A DNA stretch of 64,000 bases from Limnochordia bacterium (GCA_050951545.1 JBMNJG010000004.1:160001-224000), one strand, 5' to 3'. Counted from the stretch's first letter, positions 9,358-20,210 are shown. Numbers and translations: made by a program. Notes: generated by a model not told the origin, from the letters alone.

Positions 9358-11586
9358 ATGTCAAAGCGTTTCGCTTCCCAGCCATCCACATTCTCCACTC
9401 GCCAAGCTCAAAGACGGACAAGCACCCTTCGGCGGTTGGTCTTCCTGTTGTACCGGCTTTTTGCGGCATCTGATGCGTGGGCCATCAACGTACTCAGTTT
9501 CTTGGCAGGGCGAGCTGGTCTCATGGGCGAGATCCATCCCTTTGGAATCGCGTTGTTCTTCATCACATTGCGGACGGGCCATCGAGTGCGGGCCGTGTCC
9601 ACGGCACTGAGCGTTCTGGCAGGTTTGGCTACTGTGGCTGGCTTGGGTCGAGTAATGAGCGTTACTGCGGCGCTAGTAGCAGCCTATCTTTTCCAGAAAA
9701 CACAGAAGAGCTCATCTGATCCGGTGGCCTGGCCTGGGGCCCTAGAGCTAACGGGCCTGCTGACGATCACTCGTCTGGCCGAGGGCTATGTGCTGGGTAT
9801 TACGCCTCGGAGCGTGGCGGTGATCCTCTTAGAGGCTATGATGGTGTTGCTGGCCACGTTGCTCTTTGCGCCCTTGGCCCGGTTGGTGCGGGAAGAATGG
9901 CCTTACAGGCTGCATAGGGAGCAGCTCGTATCTGTCGGATTGGCAGCTGTTGTGGTAGGCATGGGGCTGGGGGGGCTCAGCGTCGGCCCCGTACAGCTGT
10001 GCGAAGTGTGGAATCGTTGGGTAACACTTGTGGCGGCCCTGTTGGGGCACGGGGCCATTGGTGCTGCTCAGGGAGTAGCCCTTGGCATCATGGCGGAGCT
10101 GTCATCTCTGCGTCTGTTAGGCGGCGGGGTAGGGGTATATGGTATCTCGGGACTGCTGGGAGGACTGTTCAGCAATGGTGGCAAGGTCACCGTAATAGCA
10201 GGTTTTCTTGTAGGGAATCTGATCGCCTCGGTACAGGCTGTGTCGGGCGAGAGCATCGTCATGGGCTTTGCGCACTCGTTGGCTGCAATTGCCCTCTTTG
10301 TGGCCACTCCCGAACGGTTCATATGGCGATTAGCCAGGGCTATCCCAGGTACCGAAGCTGAGACTGCGGTAGCAGCCGCACGAGAGATCCACCTGCGAGA
10401 GACTGTGACCGAAAGACTCGAGCAGCTGTCCGGAATATTCGGTGAGTTAGCTGAGGTATTCGCCGAGGTGCACCATGGCAAGCCCTCGGTTAGCCAGCAC
10501 GCGGGTGATCTATCGATGCGTCTCGAGCAAGCGCATCAGATTGTGCCGAGCCAGCTTCGCGGATTGCAGCAGATCGCCGCGCATATCGCGGAACAGGTAC
10601 GGGTGGACACTGGGCGTTCGGAGGAACTCGAAGCGCGTGTGTCAGAAGAACTGATGCGACGAAATATCCCGTATGCTGAGCTACGGGTCCTGCACGCTGC
10701 GGGAGAGCATCCGGAGGTGAGCCTTGTCTACAACAGAGCTTGCGATGGGGAGGGCAGTTGCTGCCGTCAGGTGGCTCAAGCAGTGACCTCAGCCTTGATT
10801 GAGACCTATACACCCTGGCAGATCGAATGTAGGGGACGTCAAGGAGGTTGCCGCATTCGGCTTCTTCCCGAACGACCCTATGAGCTTATCGTGCGAGGGG
10901 CCACTCTGGCGAAGGAGCTCGGAGGCGTATCAGGAGACACTTATGCCAAGGCCGAACTGGCGGATGGGAAGGTAGCCTTGTTACTCAGTGACGGCATGGG
11001 GGTGGGTCCACGGGCAGCACTGGAAAGCAGGGCCACGGTCACGATGCTGCAGAGACTGATCAGTGTGGGCTTTGACCGAGAGTTTGCTGTACAGACTGTA
11101 AACTCAGTGATGCTGTTGCGCTCATTTGAGGAGACCTACGCAACATTAGACCTGGCCGTAATCGATCTGTTCTCCGGTGAGTTGGAGTTTCTCAAGATCG
11201 CCTCCGCTCCCAGCTTTATCCGTCGCAAGCGGAATGTGGAGGTGATCCGCTCCAATTCGCTCCCAGTAGGCATTCTCAGTGATATCAAGGTTCCGACGCA
11301 AAGAAGCCAGCTACATGCGGAAGACATACTTGTGATGGTTACTGATGGTGTTCTCGATGCATTGCCGGAAAGATTGGACCCGGAGGAGTGGTTAGCGCGC
11401 TACATACGTCGAGACACGGGTGACGACGCCATGGGCTTGGCAGAAGGCCTCCTGACCCTAAGTGGCGAGAAGGCAGGCGACATACGAGATGACATGACTG
11501 TCGTTGTGGCAAAGCTATTGCGGCGCACGGTGGATCTCGAGACGCTGCTGCGGGGTGACCTTCCGGTTTTCCATCGGCACCGATAG
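9358..11586 (+). CDS. spoIIE: Stage II sporulation protein E (membrane PP2C phosphatase)
   Basis: Multi-TM N-terminus; PP2C motifs VSGDTY, LLSDGMGVG, ATLDL, MVTDGV, RDDMTVVV; immediately upstream of tilS-ftsH. Confidence 0.88.
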   Translation: MSKRFASQPSTFSTRQAQRRTSTLRRLVFLLYRLFAASDAWAINVLSFLAGRAGLMGEIHPFGIALFFITLRTGHRVRAVSTALSVLAGLATVAGLGRVMSVTAALVAAYLFQKTQKSSSDPVAWPGALELTGLLTITRLAEGYVLGITPRSVAVILLEAMMVLLATLLFAPLARLVREEWPYRLHREQLVSVGLAAVVVGMGLGGLSVGPVQLCEVWNRWVTLVAALLGHGAIGAAQGVALGIMAELSSLRLLGGGVGVYGISGLLGGLFSNGGKVTVIAGFLVGNLIASVQAVSGESIVMGFAHSLAAIALFVATPERFIWRLARAIPGTEAETAVAAAREIHLRETVTERLEQLSGIFGELAEVFAEVHHGKPSVSQHAGDLSMRLEQAHQIVPSQLRGLQQIAAHIAEQVRVDTGRSEELEARVSEELMRRNIPYAELRVLHAAGEHPEVSLVYNRACDGEGSCCRQVAQAVTSALIETYTPWQIECRGRQGGCRIRLLPERPYELIVRGATLAKELGGVSGDTYAKAELADGKVALLLSDGMGVGPRAALESRATVTMLQRLISVGFDREFAVQTVNSVMLLRSFEETYATLDLAVIDLFSGELEFLKIASAPSFIRRKRNVEVIRSNSLPVGILSDIKVPTQRSQLHAEDILVMVTDGVLDALPERLDPEEWLARYIRRDTGDDAMGLAEGLLTLSGEKAGDIRDDMTVVVAKLLRRTVDLETLLRGDLPVFHRHR

Positions 11587-11630
11587 CATGTATAATAGGA
11601 GCGAGAGCCACGTCTTACTGGAGTGACAAG

Positions 11631-13046
11631 ATGTCGCACATGCTCCGTCCAAAGGTAGAAGCCTTGATACACCGTTACGGCATGGTGGTGCCAGGTGACG
11701 GTGTTATTGTCGCGTGCTCAGGAGGTCCGGACTCGCTGACTCTTCTAGGGTTGCTCGTGGCTTTACGGAAAGACTACAGCCTGTGCCTAACCGCTGTCTA
11801 CATCGACCATGGCCTGCGCCCTCAAGCTGCTGAAGAGGGCGAATACGTGAAGCATATGGCCCGGCGATGGGGAGTGCCAGCACTCGTGCGTCGCGTGGAA
11901 AGGGATCTGCATGTGACTGGAGAGTCTGTTCAAGCGCAGGCCCGTCAGGAGCGCTATCGTCTTCTGGACGAGGTGGCTCGTCAGGTGGGTGCCGCTCGTA
12001 TTGCCACAGGGCACACTGCTGACGATCAGGCTGAGACTCTGGTGATGCGCTTCGCACGCGGTACTGGTTGCTGCGGGCTTGCAGGTATCTTGCCAGTGGT
12101 TGGCAGAGTCATCCGGCCGTTGTTGCTTGTGCGCCGCGAAGAGACCGAAGACTACTGCGCCAGGCAAGGGATTGTTCCCGTCCATGACCCGAGCAACGAC
12201 GAGGATGTCTACTTGCGTAATCGAGTTCGCCACCACCTCATGCCTGAGCTTTCTGCCTTTAACCCCCGGTTCGTGGAGGTTTTGGCTAACCTGGCAGAAT
12301 CCGCTCGCGCCGAGAATGAGTGGATGGAGCAAGAGGCAGCGAAGCTGCTGGCTAGCGCTGTTCATACAGACGGCGGGTGGTGGTTTCCCACGCTAGCTTT
12401 TCTAGACCAGCCGTTGGCATTGCAGCGCCGTGCCTTGCGCGCTCTTCTGCGCAGGTTGGTTTCGGGACGAGAACTGGGCTTTGATCATGTGGGAGCTGTC
12501 CTGGATATGCTAGTTCGTGGACAGACGGGGGCCAGTGTATCTTTGCCTGGAGGTCTTGTGGCCTGGGCGGAAAAAGAGGGCTTCTGGGTAGGACCCCAAA
12601 GACCTGTTGTCGAATTTGATATCGTCTTAGCAGCACCAGGGCGTGTTCGTCTTCCTGGTTCTGATCTGTGTCTTGATGCTGCTGTTCAGGCAGGAGGGCT
12701 TGACTGTATAGGCGAAGTGGAGTATCGAAGGACGAAAACCAGGCGACCATGGGAGCCCAATGGTGAGAGCGTTGTTTTCGACCGGCAGCGAGTTCAAGGG
12801 CGTCTACGCGTTCGCAATTGGCGTGCAGGTGATCGTTTTCGCCCGCTGGGTATGCCAGGAGAGAAGAAGCTGCAGGATATGTTCGTGGATGACGGGATTC
12901 CCAAGCGCTGGCGCGATCGCTTGCCCGTTGTGGTTGACGACCAGGGGATTCTATGGGTTGCAGGAGCCAAACTGGCTGACAGGGCGAAGATTACCTCCAC
13001 TACGAAAGTGCTCGTTGAGCTGCGTTTGTGCAGAAACGATGCATAG
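11631..13046 (+). CDS. tilS: tRNA(Ile)-lysidine synthetase
   Basis: ACSGGPDS PP-loop, IDHGLR, GHTADDQAET, DPSN...RNRVR, TilS C-terminal domain. Confidence 0.96.
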   Translation: MSHMLRPKVEALIHRYGMVVPGDGVIVACSGGPDSLTLLGLLVALRKDYSLCLTAVYIDHGLRPQAAEEGEYVKHMARRWGVPALVRRVERDLHVTGESVQAQARQERYRLLDEVARQVGAARIATGHTADDQAETLVMRFARGTGCCGLAGILPVVGRVIRPLLLVRREETEDYCARQGIVPVHDPSNDEDVYLRNRVRHHLMPELSAFNPRFVEVLANLAESARAENEWMEQEAAKLLASAVHTDGGWWFPTLAFLDQPLALQRRALRALLRRLVSGRELGFDHVGAVLDMLVRGQTGASVSLPGGLVAWAEKEGFWVGPQRPVVEFDIVLAAPGRVRLPGSDLCLDAAVQAGGLDCIGEVEYRRTKTRRPWEPNGESVVFDRQRVQGRLRVRNWRAGDRFRPLGMPGEKKLQDMFVDDGIPKRWRDRLPVVVDDQGILWVAGAKLADRAKITSTTKVLVELRLCRNDA

Positions 13047-13195
13047 CATGGAAGTGCAAGACTATGCTCACCTGCCCACCTATGCTATAATGGATCGCAT
13101 AAGATTATCGGATCACATGTTCCCATTGCACTGTCGACGCCTGTCAGGGTGGGTCATCCGCCCTTTTTGTGTGCTGCTTGAGGGGAGGGCGCGTT

Positions 13196-15151
13196 TTGAA
13201 AAGGTTTCTCAGGGGTATCAGCCTATACTTGCTGATCGCCGTCCTGGCAGTCTCCATCGTGAGTAGCCTGTATTCGCCGCAAGACCCAAGGAAGCCCATT
13301 AGTTACAGTGATTTCATGCGCTTACTTGATCAGGGGAAAATCGCGAGTGTGCGTCTCATCGGCGAACAGGCTCTTGAGGGTGTGCTGACAGATGGCAATA
13401 GATTCTCCACCTATGTACCAGTAGGCACGATGAACCTGGGTGATCGCCTTACCGCAGCTGGGGTAGAGGTCGACGCTCAACCGGCGCCGCCCACGCCTTG
13501 GTGGGTGGCTCTACTGCCGAACATCATTACGCTGGTCATTTTTGTTGCCATTTGGCTTTTTATCCTGAATCAGATGCAAGGCAGCAATAACAGAGCGATG
13601 TCTTTTGGCAAGAGTCGCGCGAAGCTACACACCGAGGATAAGCCCAAGGTTCGTTTCGAGGATGTGGCAGGTGTCGATGAGGCCAAGCAAGAGCTTGCTG
13701 AGGTAGTCGAGTTCCTGAAACAGCCGAAAAAATTCGTGGAGATAGGGGCGAAGATTCCCAAAGGCGTGCTGCTAATGGGGCCTCCGGGCACTGGCAAGAC
13801 TCTGCTGGGTAGGGCTGTGGCCGGTGAGGCAGGGGTTCCCTTCTTCACCATATCAGGTTCGGATTTTGTGGAGATGTTTGTCGGCGTTGGTGCCTCGCGT
13901 GTACGTGACCTGTTTGAGACGGCCAAGAAGAATAGCCCTTGCATCATTTTCATCGATGAACTTGATGCAGTGGGCCGTCAGCGCGGGGCTGGTTTGGGTG
14001 GCGGACATGATGAGCGTGAGCAAACGCTCAACCAGCTTCTGGTGGAGCTGGACGGTTTTGAGTCGAGCAGTGGCATTATTGTCATGGCGGCCACCAACAG
14101 GCCGGATGTTCTCGATCCGGCGCTGTTGCGTCCCGGCCGCTTTGATCGTAAGGTTATCGTCGACCGCCCGGACGTGGATGGGCGTGAGGCGATCCTCAAG
14201 ATCCATGCTCGTAACAAGCCGCTGGCCGACGATGTGGATCTGGAGGTTCTGGCTAAGAGCACCCCTGGGTTGTCTGGGGCTGATCTAGAGAACATGCTTA
14301 ATGAAGCAGCCATTTTGGCGGCACGGCGTAACAAGAGAGCCGTCAGTATGGCAGAAATGGAAGAGGCCGTCGATCGCGTTATCATGGGTCCACAGCGCCC
14401 AAGCCGCCGGGTGACAGAGAGAGACAAAGAAGTCTTTGCCTTTCACGAAGCTGGGCATGCGGTCGTTGCCTATCTCCTACCTAATGGTGATCCCGTGCAC
14501 AAGGTGACCATCGTCGGGCGAGGGTTTGCTGGTGGATATACCATGACCCTACCCGAAGAAGAGAGAGTCGTGCACACCCGAGCTCAGATGAAGGACATTC
14601 TGACAGACATGCTCGGAGGGCGGGCTGCAGAAGAGATCGCCTTTGACAAAGAGGAGATCACCACCGGGGCGCAAAATGACCTGGAGCGCGTGACAAAGCT
14701 GGCTCGTAGGATGATCACGGAGTGGGGCATGAGCGAGCGGCTTGGGCCGATTACCTACGGCCAACAGCACGAAGAGCAGATTTTCTTAGGGCGAGACATT
14801 TCTCGGCAGCGCAACTACAGTGAGGAGATTGCCGCGGCCATTGACCAGGAAGTACGTGAACTGGTAGATGAGGCGTACCAGAGGGCCCTTGGTCTTTTAC
14901 GGGCCAATTGGGGCAAGCTGACTGCCGTTGTCGAGGCACTGAAGGAAAAAGAGACGCTAAATCGTGATGCCTTCGAGCGGATCATGGAGGCCGCACCGGA
15001 ACAGGCGGCTCCCGCTGCGCGAGAATCTAGTAACGAAGCTATGGCACCGGACGTTGTTCCTCAGCTGGCACGTCCTGCGGAGGCCAAGTCGGATAAGCCT
15101 CGGAGCCTGGACAAACCAAAGGCAGCTAAGCCTGCCGTGGGTCTTGAGTAG
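13196..15151 (+). CDS. ftsH: ATP-dependent zinc metalloprotease FtsH
   Basis: Two TM segments, [32 protein letters not shown]; TTG at 13196 after GGGGAGG; TGCTATAAT at about 13083. Confidence 0.98.
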   Translation: MKRFLRGISLYLLIAVLAVSIVSSLYSPQDPRKPISYSDFMRLLDQGKIASVRLIGEQALEGVLTDGNRFSTYVPVGTMNLGDRLTAAGVEVDAQPAPPTPWWVALLPNIITLVIFVAIWLFILNQMQGSNNRAMSFGKSRAKLHTEDKPKVRFEDVAGVDEAKQELAEVVEFLKQPKKFVEIGAKIPKGVLLMGPPGTGKTLLGRAVAGEAGVPFFTISGSDFVEMFVGVGASRVRDLFETAKKNSPCIIFIDELDAVGRQRGAGLGGGHDEREQTLNQLLVELDGFESSSGIIVMAATNRPDVLDPALLRPGRFDRKVIVDRPDVDGREAILKIHARNKPLADDVDLEVLAKSTPGLSGADLENMLNEAAILAARRNKRAVSMAEMEEAVDRVIMGPQRPSRRVTERDKEVFAFHEAGHAVVAYLLPNGDPVHKVTIVGRGFAGGYTMTLPEEERVVHTRAQMKDILTDMLGGRAAEEIAFDKEEITTGAQNDLERVTKLARRMITEWGMSERLGPITYGQQHEEQIFLGRDISRQRNYSEEIAAAIDQEVRELVDEAYQRALGLLRANWGKLTAVVEALKEKETLNRDAFERIMEAAPEQAAPAARESSNEAMAPDVVPQLARPAEAKSDKPRSLDKPKAAKPAVGLE

Positions 15152-15158
15152 GAGGCCG

Positions 15159-15545
15159 ATGGATCTGGACCGTTTGACCTTGCAGGGGATGCTCTTTCAT
15201 GGAACCCACGGCGTCTATGTTGAAGAGGCTCGCCTTGGGCAGCGTTTTGAGCTCGACGTGGATCTGCACACGAATGCAGACCATGCGGGCATGAGTGACC
15301 AGTTGGAAGATGCGATCAACTACGGTGATGTATACCGGAGTGTGCGCGGTATTGTTGAGGGACGCCGTTTTCGGCTGATCGAAGCCTTGGCGACGGCTGT
15401 TGCCAGAGAGCTACTGCGGGAGTTTCTGACATTGGAGGCCGTTACGGTGCGTGTGCGAAAACCTCATGCTCCGATCAACGGTGTGCTGGATGGGGTAGAA
15501 ATACAGATCCATCGTACACGCGATTGGTTCGAGGCCTTGGAGTAG
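15159..15545 (+). CDS. folB: Dihydroneopterin aldolase
   Basis: FHGTHGVYVEEARLGQRFELD, INYGDVY, LIEALA, VRKPHAP; ATG after AGGAGG. Confidence 0.93.
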   Translation: MDLDRLTLQGMLFHGTHGVYVEEARLGQRFELDVDLHTNADHAGMSDQLEDAINYGDVYRSVRGIVEGRRFRLIEALATAVARELLREFLTLEAVTVRVRKPHAPINGVLDGVEIQIHRTRDWFEALE

Positions 15546-15556
15546 GAGCATGGTCG

Positions 15557-16568
15557 ATGCAGCCGTGGGAACAGACACCTGTAGAGAAAGCACGAGCCGC
15601 GATTCTGGAGGAGTTACGGGGTTCTGAAGGCCCCGTGTCGGGGCAGGCACTCAGTCAGCAGCTGGCCATCGGGCGCAATGCGGTCTGGAAGCACGTAGAA
15701 GCTTTGCGCGAGATGGGCTACCGAATAGAAGGCAAGACGCGCCGGGGCTATCGTTTGCTGTCGATCCCTGAGGCTCCTCTACCCTTTGAAATCACGCACG
15801 GCCTAGCGACTCATACGTTGGGCCGTTCTGTGATCTTCTTGCCTGTCGCGGGGTCTACGAACGACGTGATCCGCGATCTGGCCAAGCAGGGGGCTCCGGA
15901 AGGCCTCCTGGTGGTGGCGGACAGCCAGCTTGCGGGAAGGGGCAGACGCGGACACATGTGGGAGTCGCCTGCCGGGGGCGGCTTGTGGGTATCGGTGCTT
16001 CTGCGGCCCGCGTTGGCACCTGCCCAGGCGCCACTTTTGGCGCTTCTGGCAGCTGTGGCAGTGGCGGTAGCGATACGGAAACAGACTGGGTTGGAGGCCC
16101 TAGTCAAATGGCCTAACGACGTGCTCATCAGCGGGCGCAAAGTGTGTGGTGTCTTGGTGGAGATGGCCGCCGAAAGCGAATCAATCCATTACGTCGTGAT
16201 CGGCATGGGGATTAACGTCAACCTGACAAGAGAGCAGTTGCCTGAGGCACTGCGATCCTCAGCTACCTCCCTGCGCGAAGAGTGCCGGGGTCGTGTTTCT
16301 CGGGTGGCCCTATTGCGCACGATTCTGCGTGAAATGGAGCTTCGCTACGATGCCCTAGTAACGAGCGGGCCAGAGTCACTAGTGGAGGAGAACCGTTCGC
16401 TTTCAGCAGTCTTAGGTGAAGGAGATTTGCGTGGTCAGTGTATCTGGTGTGCAGCGGGGGCTGGCGATAGGTATAGAGAATGACGGTGCATTGCGCGTAC
16501 GATTGGCCTGTGGAGATGAGAAGCTGTTCTACGCTGGTGAGGTATCGGTGCGCAGCCGAATGCCTTGA
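15557..16568 (+). pseudogene. birA: Bifunctional biotin ligase/repressor BirA, frameshifted near 16418 (pseudogene or sequencing error)
   Basis: N-terminal HTH, GRGRRG, KWPND, KVCGVL; C-terminal domain (GIENDGALRV...FYAGEVS) continues in the +1 frame from 16419 to TGA at 16568. Confidence 0.85.
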
Positions 16569-16597
16569 CTTGAGGATGCGTGGGCAATGCGTTGATG

Positions 16598-16636
16598 TGG
16601 TATCATTGTCACCTGAGTGCGATAAGGCGGGTGACA
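16598..16636 (+). promoter_or_regulatory. Extended -10 plus BirA-type operator upstream of bioY
   Basis: TGGTATCAT followed by TGTCACC-N16-GGTGACA palindrome resembling biotin operators. Confidence 0.65.
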
Positions 16637-16656
16637 TATAGGGGGGGGTACGTCCT

Positions 16657-17250
16657 GTGCAGCAGGGATCTGACCCGGCGCCATACGAGCAACTTGAACA
16701 GGTGCGGGAGCTCACGCGTTCAGCGCTCTTTGCATCTTTGACCGCCGTGGGGGCTTGGATGGCTCTTCCGATTCCTTTGAGTCCAGTGCCCTTGACGCTA
16801 CAGGTGCTATTCATGCTCATGTCGGGGATGCTCTTGGGGGGCCGACAGGGTGCTGCAAGTCAAGCCTTGTACGTGGTCATGGGAGGACTAGGTCTGCCAG
16901 TCTTCTCTAGAGGAGGCGGAGGTGTGGGCGTGTTGCTCGGACCTACCGGCGGCTATCTCATAGGCTTCATCCCCGCAGCGTGGCTGACGGGTACTCTAGC
17001 GGAACGCCTGCGAAGGGTCACACCAGAAGGGCATTGGTTGCGGGGGATCGGGTATGTAGTTGCAGGATTAGTTGGCGTGACGTGCCTTCACAGCGTGGGT
17101 GTGGCACGGCTGACTTCAGTGTTGCATATCGAATGGCCTAAGGCGTTTGCCGTCGGCTCCTTGCCGTTCCTCGTAACGGATAGTCTGAAAGCGATAGTCG
17201 CTGCTCTACTGGTGGTAGGGTTAGAAAAACGTGGCTTAGGAAAAGCCTAA
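16657..17250 (+). CDS. bioY: Biotin transporter BioY
   Basis: PVPLTLQV, GLGLPVFS.G.GG...LLGPTGGYLIGF. Confidence 0.95.
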   Translation: MQQGSDPAPYEQLEQVRELTRSALFASLTAVGAWMALPIPLSPVPLTLQVLFMLMSGMLLGGRQGAASQALYVVMGGLGLPVFSRGGGGVGVLLGPTGGYLIGFIPAAWLTGTLAERLRRVTPEGHWLRGIGYVVAGLVGVTCLHSVGVARLTSVLHIEWPKAFAVGSLPFLVTDSLKAIVAALLVVGLEKRGLGKA

Positions 17251-17280
17251 GGGATCGGCGGGAGAGGGGGGCGAGCCTAG

Positions 17281-18597
17281 ATGATTACGGTAATCGGCGG
17301 TGGCTTGGCAGGTACGGAGGCAGCTTGGCAGGCTGCGAATCTGGGTGTCGACGTGATCTTATATGAGATGCGGCCCGAAGAACCGACCCCAGCTCATACG
17401 AGCGCGGATCTGGCGGAGTTGGTCTGCAGCAACTCACTCGGGAGTAATCTGCTAAGCAGCGCCTCTGGTCTGCTGAAGGAAGAGATGCGACAGTTGGGCT
17501 CAATACTGATGGCGGCAGCGGATGAGACGGCTGTCCCGGCTGGGAGTGCATTAGCCGTAGACAGAGCAGCCTTTGCGCAGCTAGTCACTGACCGTATTGC
17601 GACGCATCCGCGCATTACCATCGTGCGCGAGCAGGCACGCAACATCCCTGACGGTATCTGCATCATCGCCAGTGGGCCGCTGACGTCGCCAGCACTGGCA
17701 GGGGAGATTCAGAGGCTTACGGGTGCTCACGATCTGTACTTCTATGATGCCGCTGCTCCTATTGTCACGTTCGAGAGCCTTGACACGACTAAGGGGTACT
17801 GGGCCGGACGCTATGGCAAGGGCGGCGACGACTACTTTAACTGTCCAATGAGCAAGCAGGAGTACCTTTGCTTCTGGGAGGCACTTGTGCATGCTGAGAA
17901 GCATGACGGGCACATAGAAGAGCCGTTGCGTTTTTTCGAGGCATGCGTGCCCATAGAGGAGCTAGCAAGCCGGGGTGCTCATACCATGCGTTTCGGCCCG
18001 ATGCGTCCGGTGGGCCTAGCCGATCCAGCCACAGGCAGGAGGCCGTACGCTGTGGTACAGTTGCGTAAGGAAAACCGAGAGGGCAGTCTGCTTAATCTCG
18101 TCGGCTTTCAGACTCGTCTCAAGTGGAATGAGCAGCGGCGGGTCTTTCGCATGATACCCGGCTTGGCTGAAGCGGAGTTTGCTCGTTTTGGGGTAATGCA
18201 CCGTAACACCTTTCTCAATGCACCTCGAGTGTTGCGACCGACGTACCAGTGGCGCCAACGCGACACCCTTTTCTTCGCTGGCCAAATCACGGGTGTAGAA
18301 GGCTATGTGGAGTCTGCAGGTTCCGGACTGATTGCTGGTCGTAATGCCGCACGCCTGGCCAAAGGGCAGAGTGCACAATTTCTACCGACAGAGACCATGC
18401 TCGGTGCGTTGGCAGAGTACATTACGACGGCGAATCCCGCCTACTTCCAGCCCATGAATGCCAACTTTGGCCTCCTGCCTTCCGGTGTCGACGTGAAGGA
18501 CCGTGCCCAGCGCAAGCAGCTACTGGCCGAGAGATCACTCAGCACTCTGGAGCGCTGGCAAAGCGAAGTGGGCAATACTGATCTCTCACAGAGGTAG
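17281..18597 (+). CDS. trmFO: Methylenetetrahydrofolate--tRNA-(uracil-54)-methyltransferase
   Basis: GGGLAGTEAA, ELVCSNS, VGFQTRL, GVMHRN, AGQITGVEGY, FQPMNANFG. Confidence 0.97.
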   Translation: MITVIGGGLAGTEAAWQAANLGVDVILYEMRPEEPTPAHTSADLAELVCSNSLGSNLLSSASGLLKEEMRQLGSILMAAADETAVPAGSALAVDRAAFAQLVTDRIATHPRITIVREQARNIPDGICIIASGPLTSPALAGEIQRLTGAHDLYFYDAAAPIVTFESLDTTKGYWAGRYGKGGDDYFNCPMSKQEYLCFWEALVHAEKHDGHIEEPLRFFEACVPIEELASRGAHTMRFGPMRPVGLADPATGRRPYAVVQLRKENREGSLLNLVGFQTRLKWNEQRRVFRMIPGLAEAEFARFGVMHRNTFLNAPRVLRPTYQWRQRDTLFFAGQITGVEGYVESAGSGLIAGRNAARLAKGQSAQFLPTETMLGALAEYITTANPAYFQPMNANFGLLPSGVDVKDRAQRKQLLAERSLSTLERWQSEVGNTDLSQR

Positions 18598-18615
18598 TCG
18601 AGCACATCATCGGTG

Positions 18616-19392
18616 TTACCATACCGTGGCGCCTCCTTCGACGGGCAGTATCACGCCTGTTACGAAGGCGGCCTCTTGGGATGCCAGGAATACGGCTGCG
18701 GCAGCGATATCATCGGGAGTGGCCACCCTCCCCAGCGGATGTCTGCCAATGATGTCATCCCAGAGGGGTGAATCCTTCATCAGATCTGCAGTCATCGGCG
18801 TCATTACCCAGCCTGGAGCGATGGCGTTCACCCGGATGCCCCTGGGAGCATAACTGATGGCCATCGCTCGAGTAAGGGCGACAAGACCGCCTTTACTGGC
18901 TACGTAGGCGTGGGTGTCGTGCGGTGGCCGAGGCCCAATGAGCGCGTCATCCGAGGCGATATGCACGATACTTCCGCGCTGTTCTGTGATAAGGGGTAGG
19001 AAGTACTTGCAGGTCAGATAGACTGCTGTCAGGTTCGTGGTCAAGACTCTGTGCCAAGTGTCTTCCGGGCACACATCCACGGGTCCATCACCTAGTGGGC
19101 GGCCACTTATGCCAGCACTGTTGACGAGGATATCCAGTTTGGCCCATCTGTCGGCAATCGCCTTGGCGGCTGCACCGACTTGCTGCGGCTGAGTGATGTC
19201 GGCCGTCAAGCAGACCAGGGGGCCTGACTCGGCGGCAAGTTTGCGCATGCCCTCTTGATCGATATCGATGAGTGCAACCTCAGCCCCTGCCGCCAAGAAG
19301 TGGCGGGCGATAGCCGATCCGATGCCACCAGCACCTCCTGTAATGACGGCTCTCAGACCTGCCAGGCGGCCACCCGGGATAGATGGTATCAT
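18616..19392 (-). CDS. SDR family oxidoreductase
   Basis: TGGAGGIG, LVNSAGI, YVASK, RVNAIAPG. Confidence 0.92.
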   Translation of the reverse strand: MIPSIPGGRLAGLRAVITGGAGGIGSAIARHFLAAGAEVALIDIDQEGMRKLAAESGPLVCLTADITQPQQVGAAAKAIADRWAKLDILVNSAGISGRPLGDGPVDVCPEDTWHRVLTTNLTAVYLTCKYFLPLITEQRGSIVHIASDDALIGPRPPHDTHAYVASKGGLVALTRAMAISYAPRGIRVNAIAPGWVMTPMTADLMKDSPLWDDIIGRHPLGRVATPDDIAAAAVFLASQEAAFVTGVILPVEGGATVW

Positions 19393-19550
19393 TGCTATGG
19401 CTCCCTTCATCAAACCAGACTTTGGCAGAATGTAACCCTAGACTTCCAGCTTCTACTATACCAAACACAGACTGCATTTCGTTGTGGAGAAGCCTAGCAC
19501 GCTAATGGTACAATGGAATCATCAACTTGAAACCGTAAAGAGGCGAATGG

Positions 19551-20210
19551 ATGAATCTAGTCATGGCCAACTTGCCATTCCAAAACGGGGAGCGTGTTGT
19601 TTTTCAGGGCGATAGTATCACCGACGTGGGTCGCCGCCGCAACGTCATGTTTGACCTCGGCAATGGCTACGTCACGATGATCCGAGGACTGATCTCTGCG
19701 CTGCGTCCTGACCTGCAAGTGGACATTCTTAATCGGGGCAATTCGGGAGATCGCACTACTGAGTTGGTGGAGCGTTGGCAGCAAGACTGTCTCGACCTCA
19801 AGCCAGACTGGCTTTCGATCTTCATAGGTGTCAACGATGTCTGGCGTAAGCGTACGGAGAAACAGGGTGGTCAAAGGCATGTGCCGCTTTCGGAGTACGT
19901 GACCAACTATCGCCGCTTGCTTGACCAAGCACAGCGAGCAGGTATCCCGCATCTGGTACTTGTCTCACCTACCTTCATCGATAAGTACCTAGAAAGCGAT
20001 CTCAATGAGTTGCTGGGCGAATACGATGTAGCGGTACGAGGGCTAGCCAAGGAGTATGGAGCACTGTATGTACCCTTGCGTCAACGCCTCCTGGAGGTTC
20101 TGCAGCGTAGCCCTGAGATTGAGTGGCTGAGCGATGGCTGCCACCCCACGCCCGCGGGGCACGCCCTGATCGCTGCCACCTGGTTGGAGACGGTAATTCA
20201 AGGAGCGTAG
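19551..20210 (+). CDS. SGNH/GDSL hydrolase (esterase)
   Basis: FQGDSITD, NRGNSG, IGVND, DGCHP. Confidence 0.92.
   Translation: MNLVMANLPFQNGERVVFQGDSITDVGRRRNVMFDLGNGYVTMIRGLISALRPDLQVDILNRGNSGDRTTELVERWQQDCLDLKPDWLSIFIGVNDVWRKRTEKQGGQRHVPLSEYVTNYRRLLDQAQRAGIPHLVLVSPTFIDKYLESDLNELLGEYDVAVRGLAKEYGALYVPLRQRLLEVLQRSPEIEWLSDGCHPTPAGHALIAATWLETVIQGA

Noticed and set aside
14990-15151. Ala/Pro/Lys-rich FtsH tail
   Set aside because: Low-complexity C-terminal tails are common in FtsH
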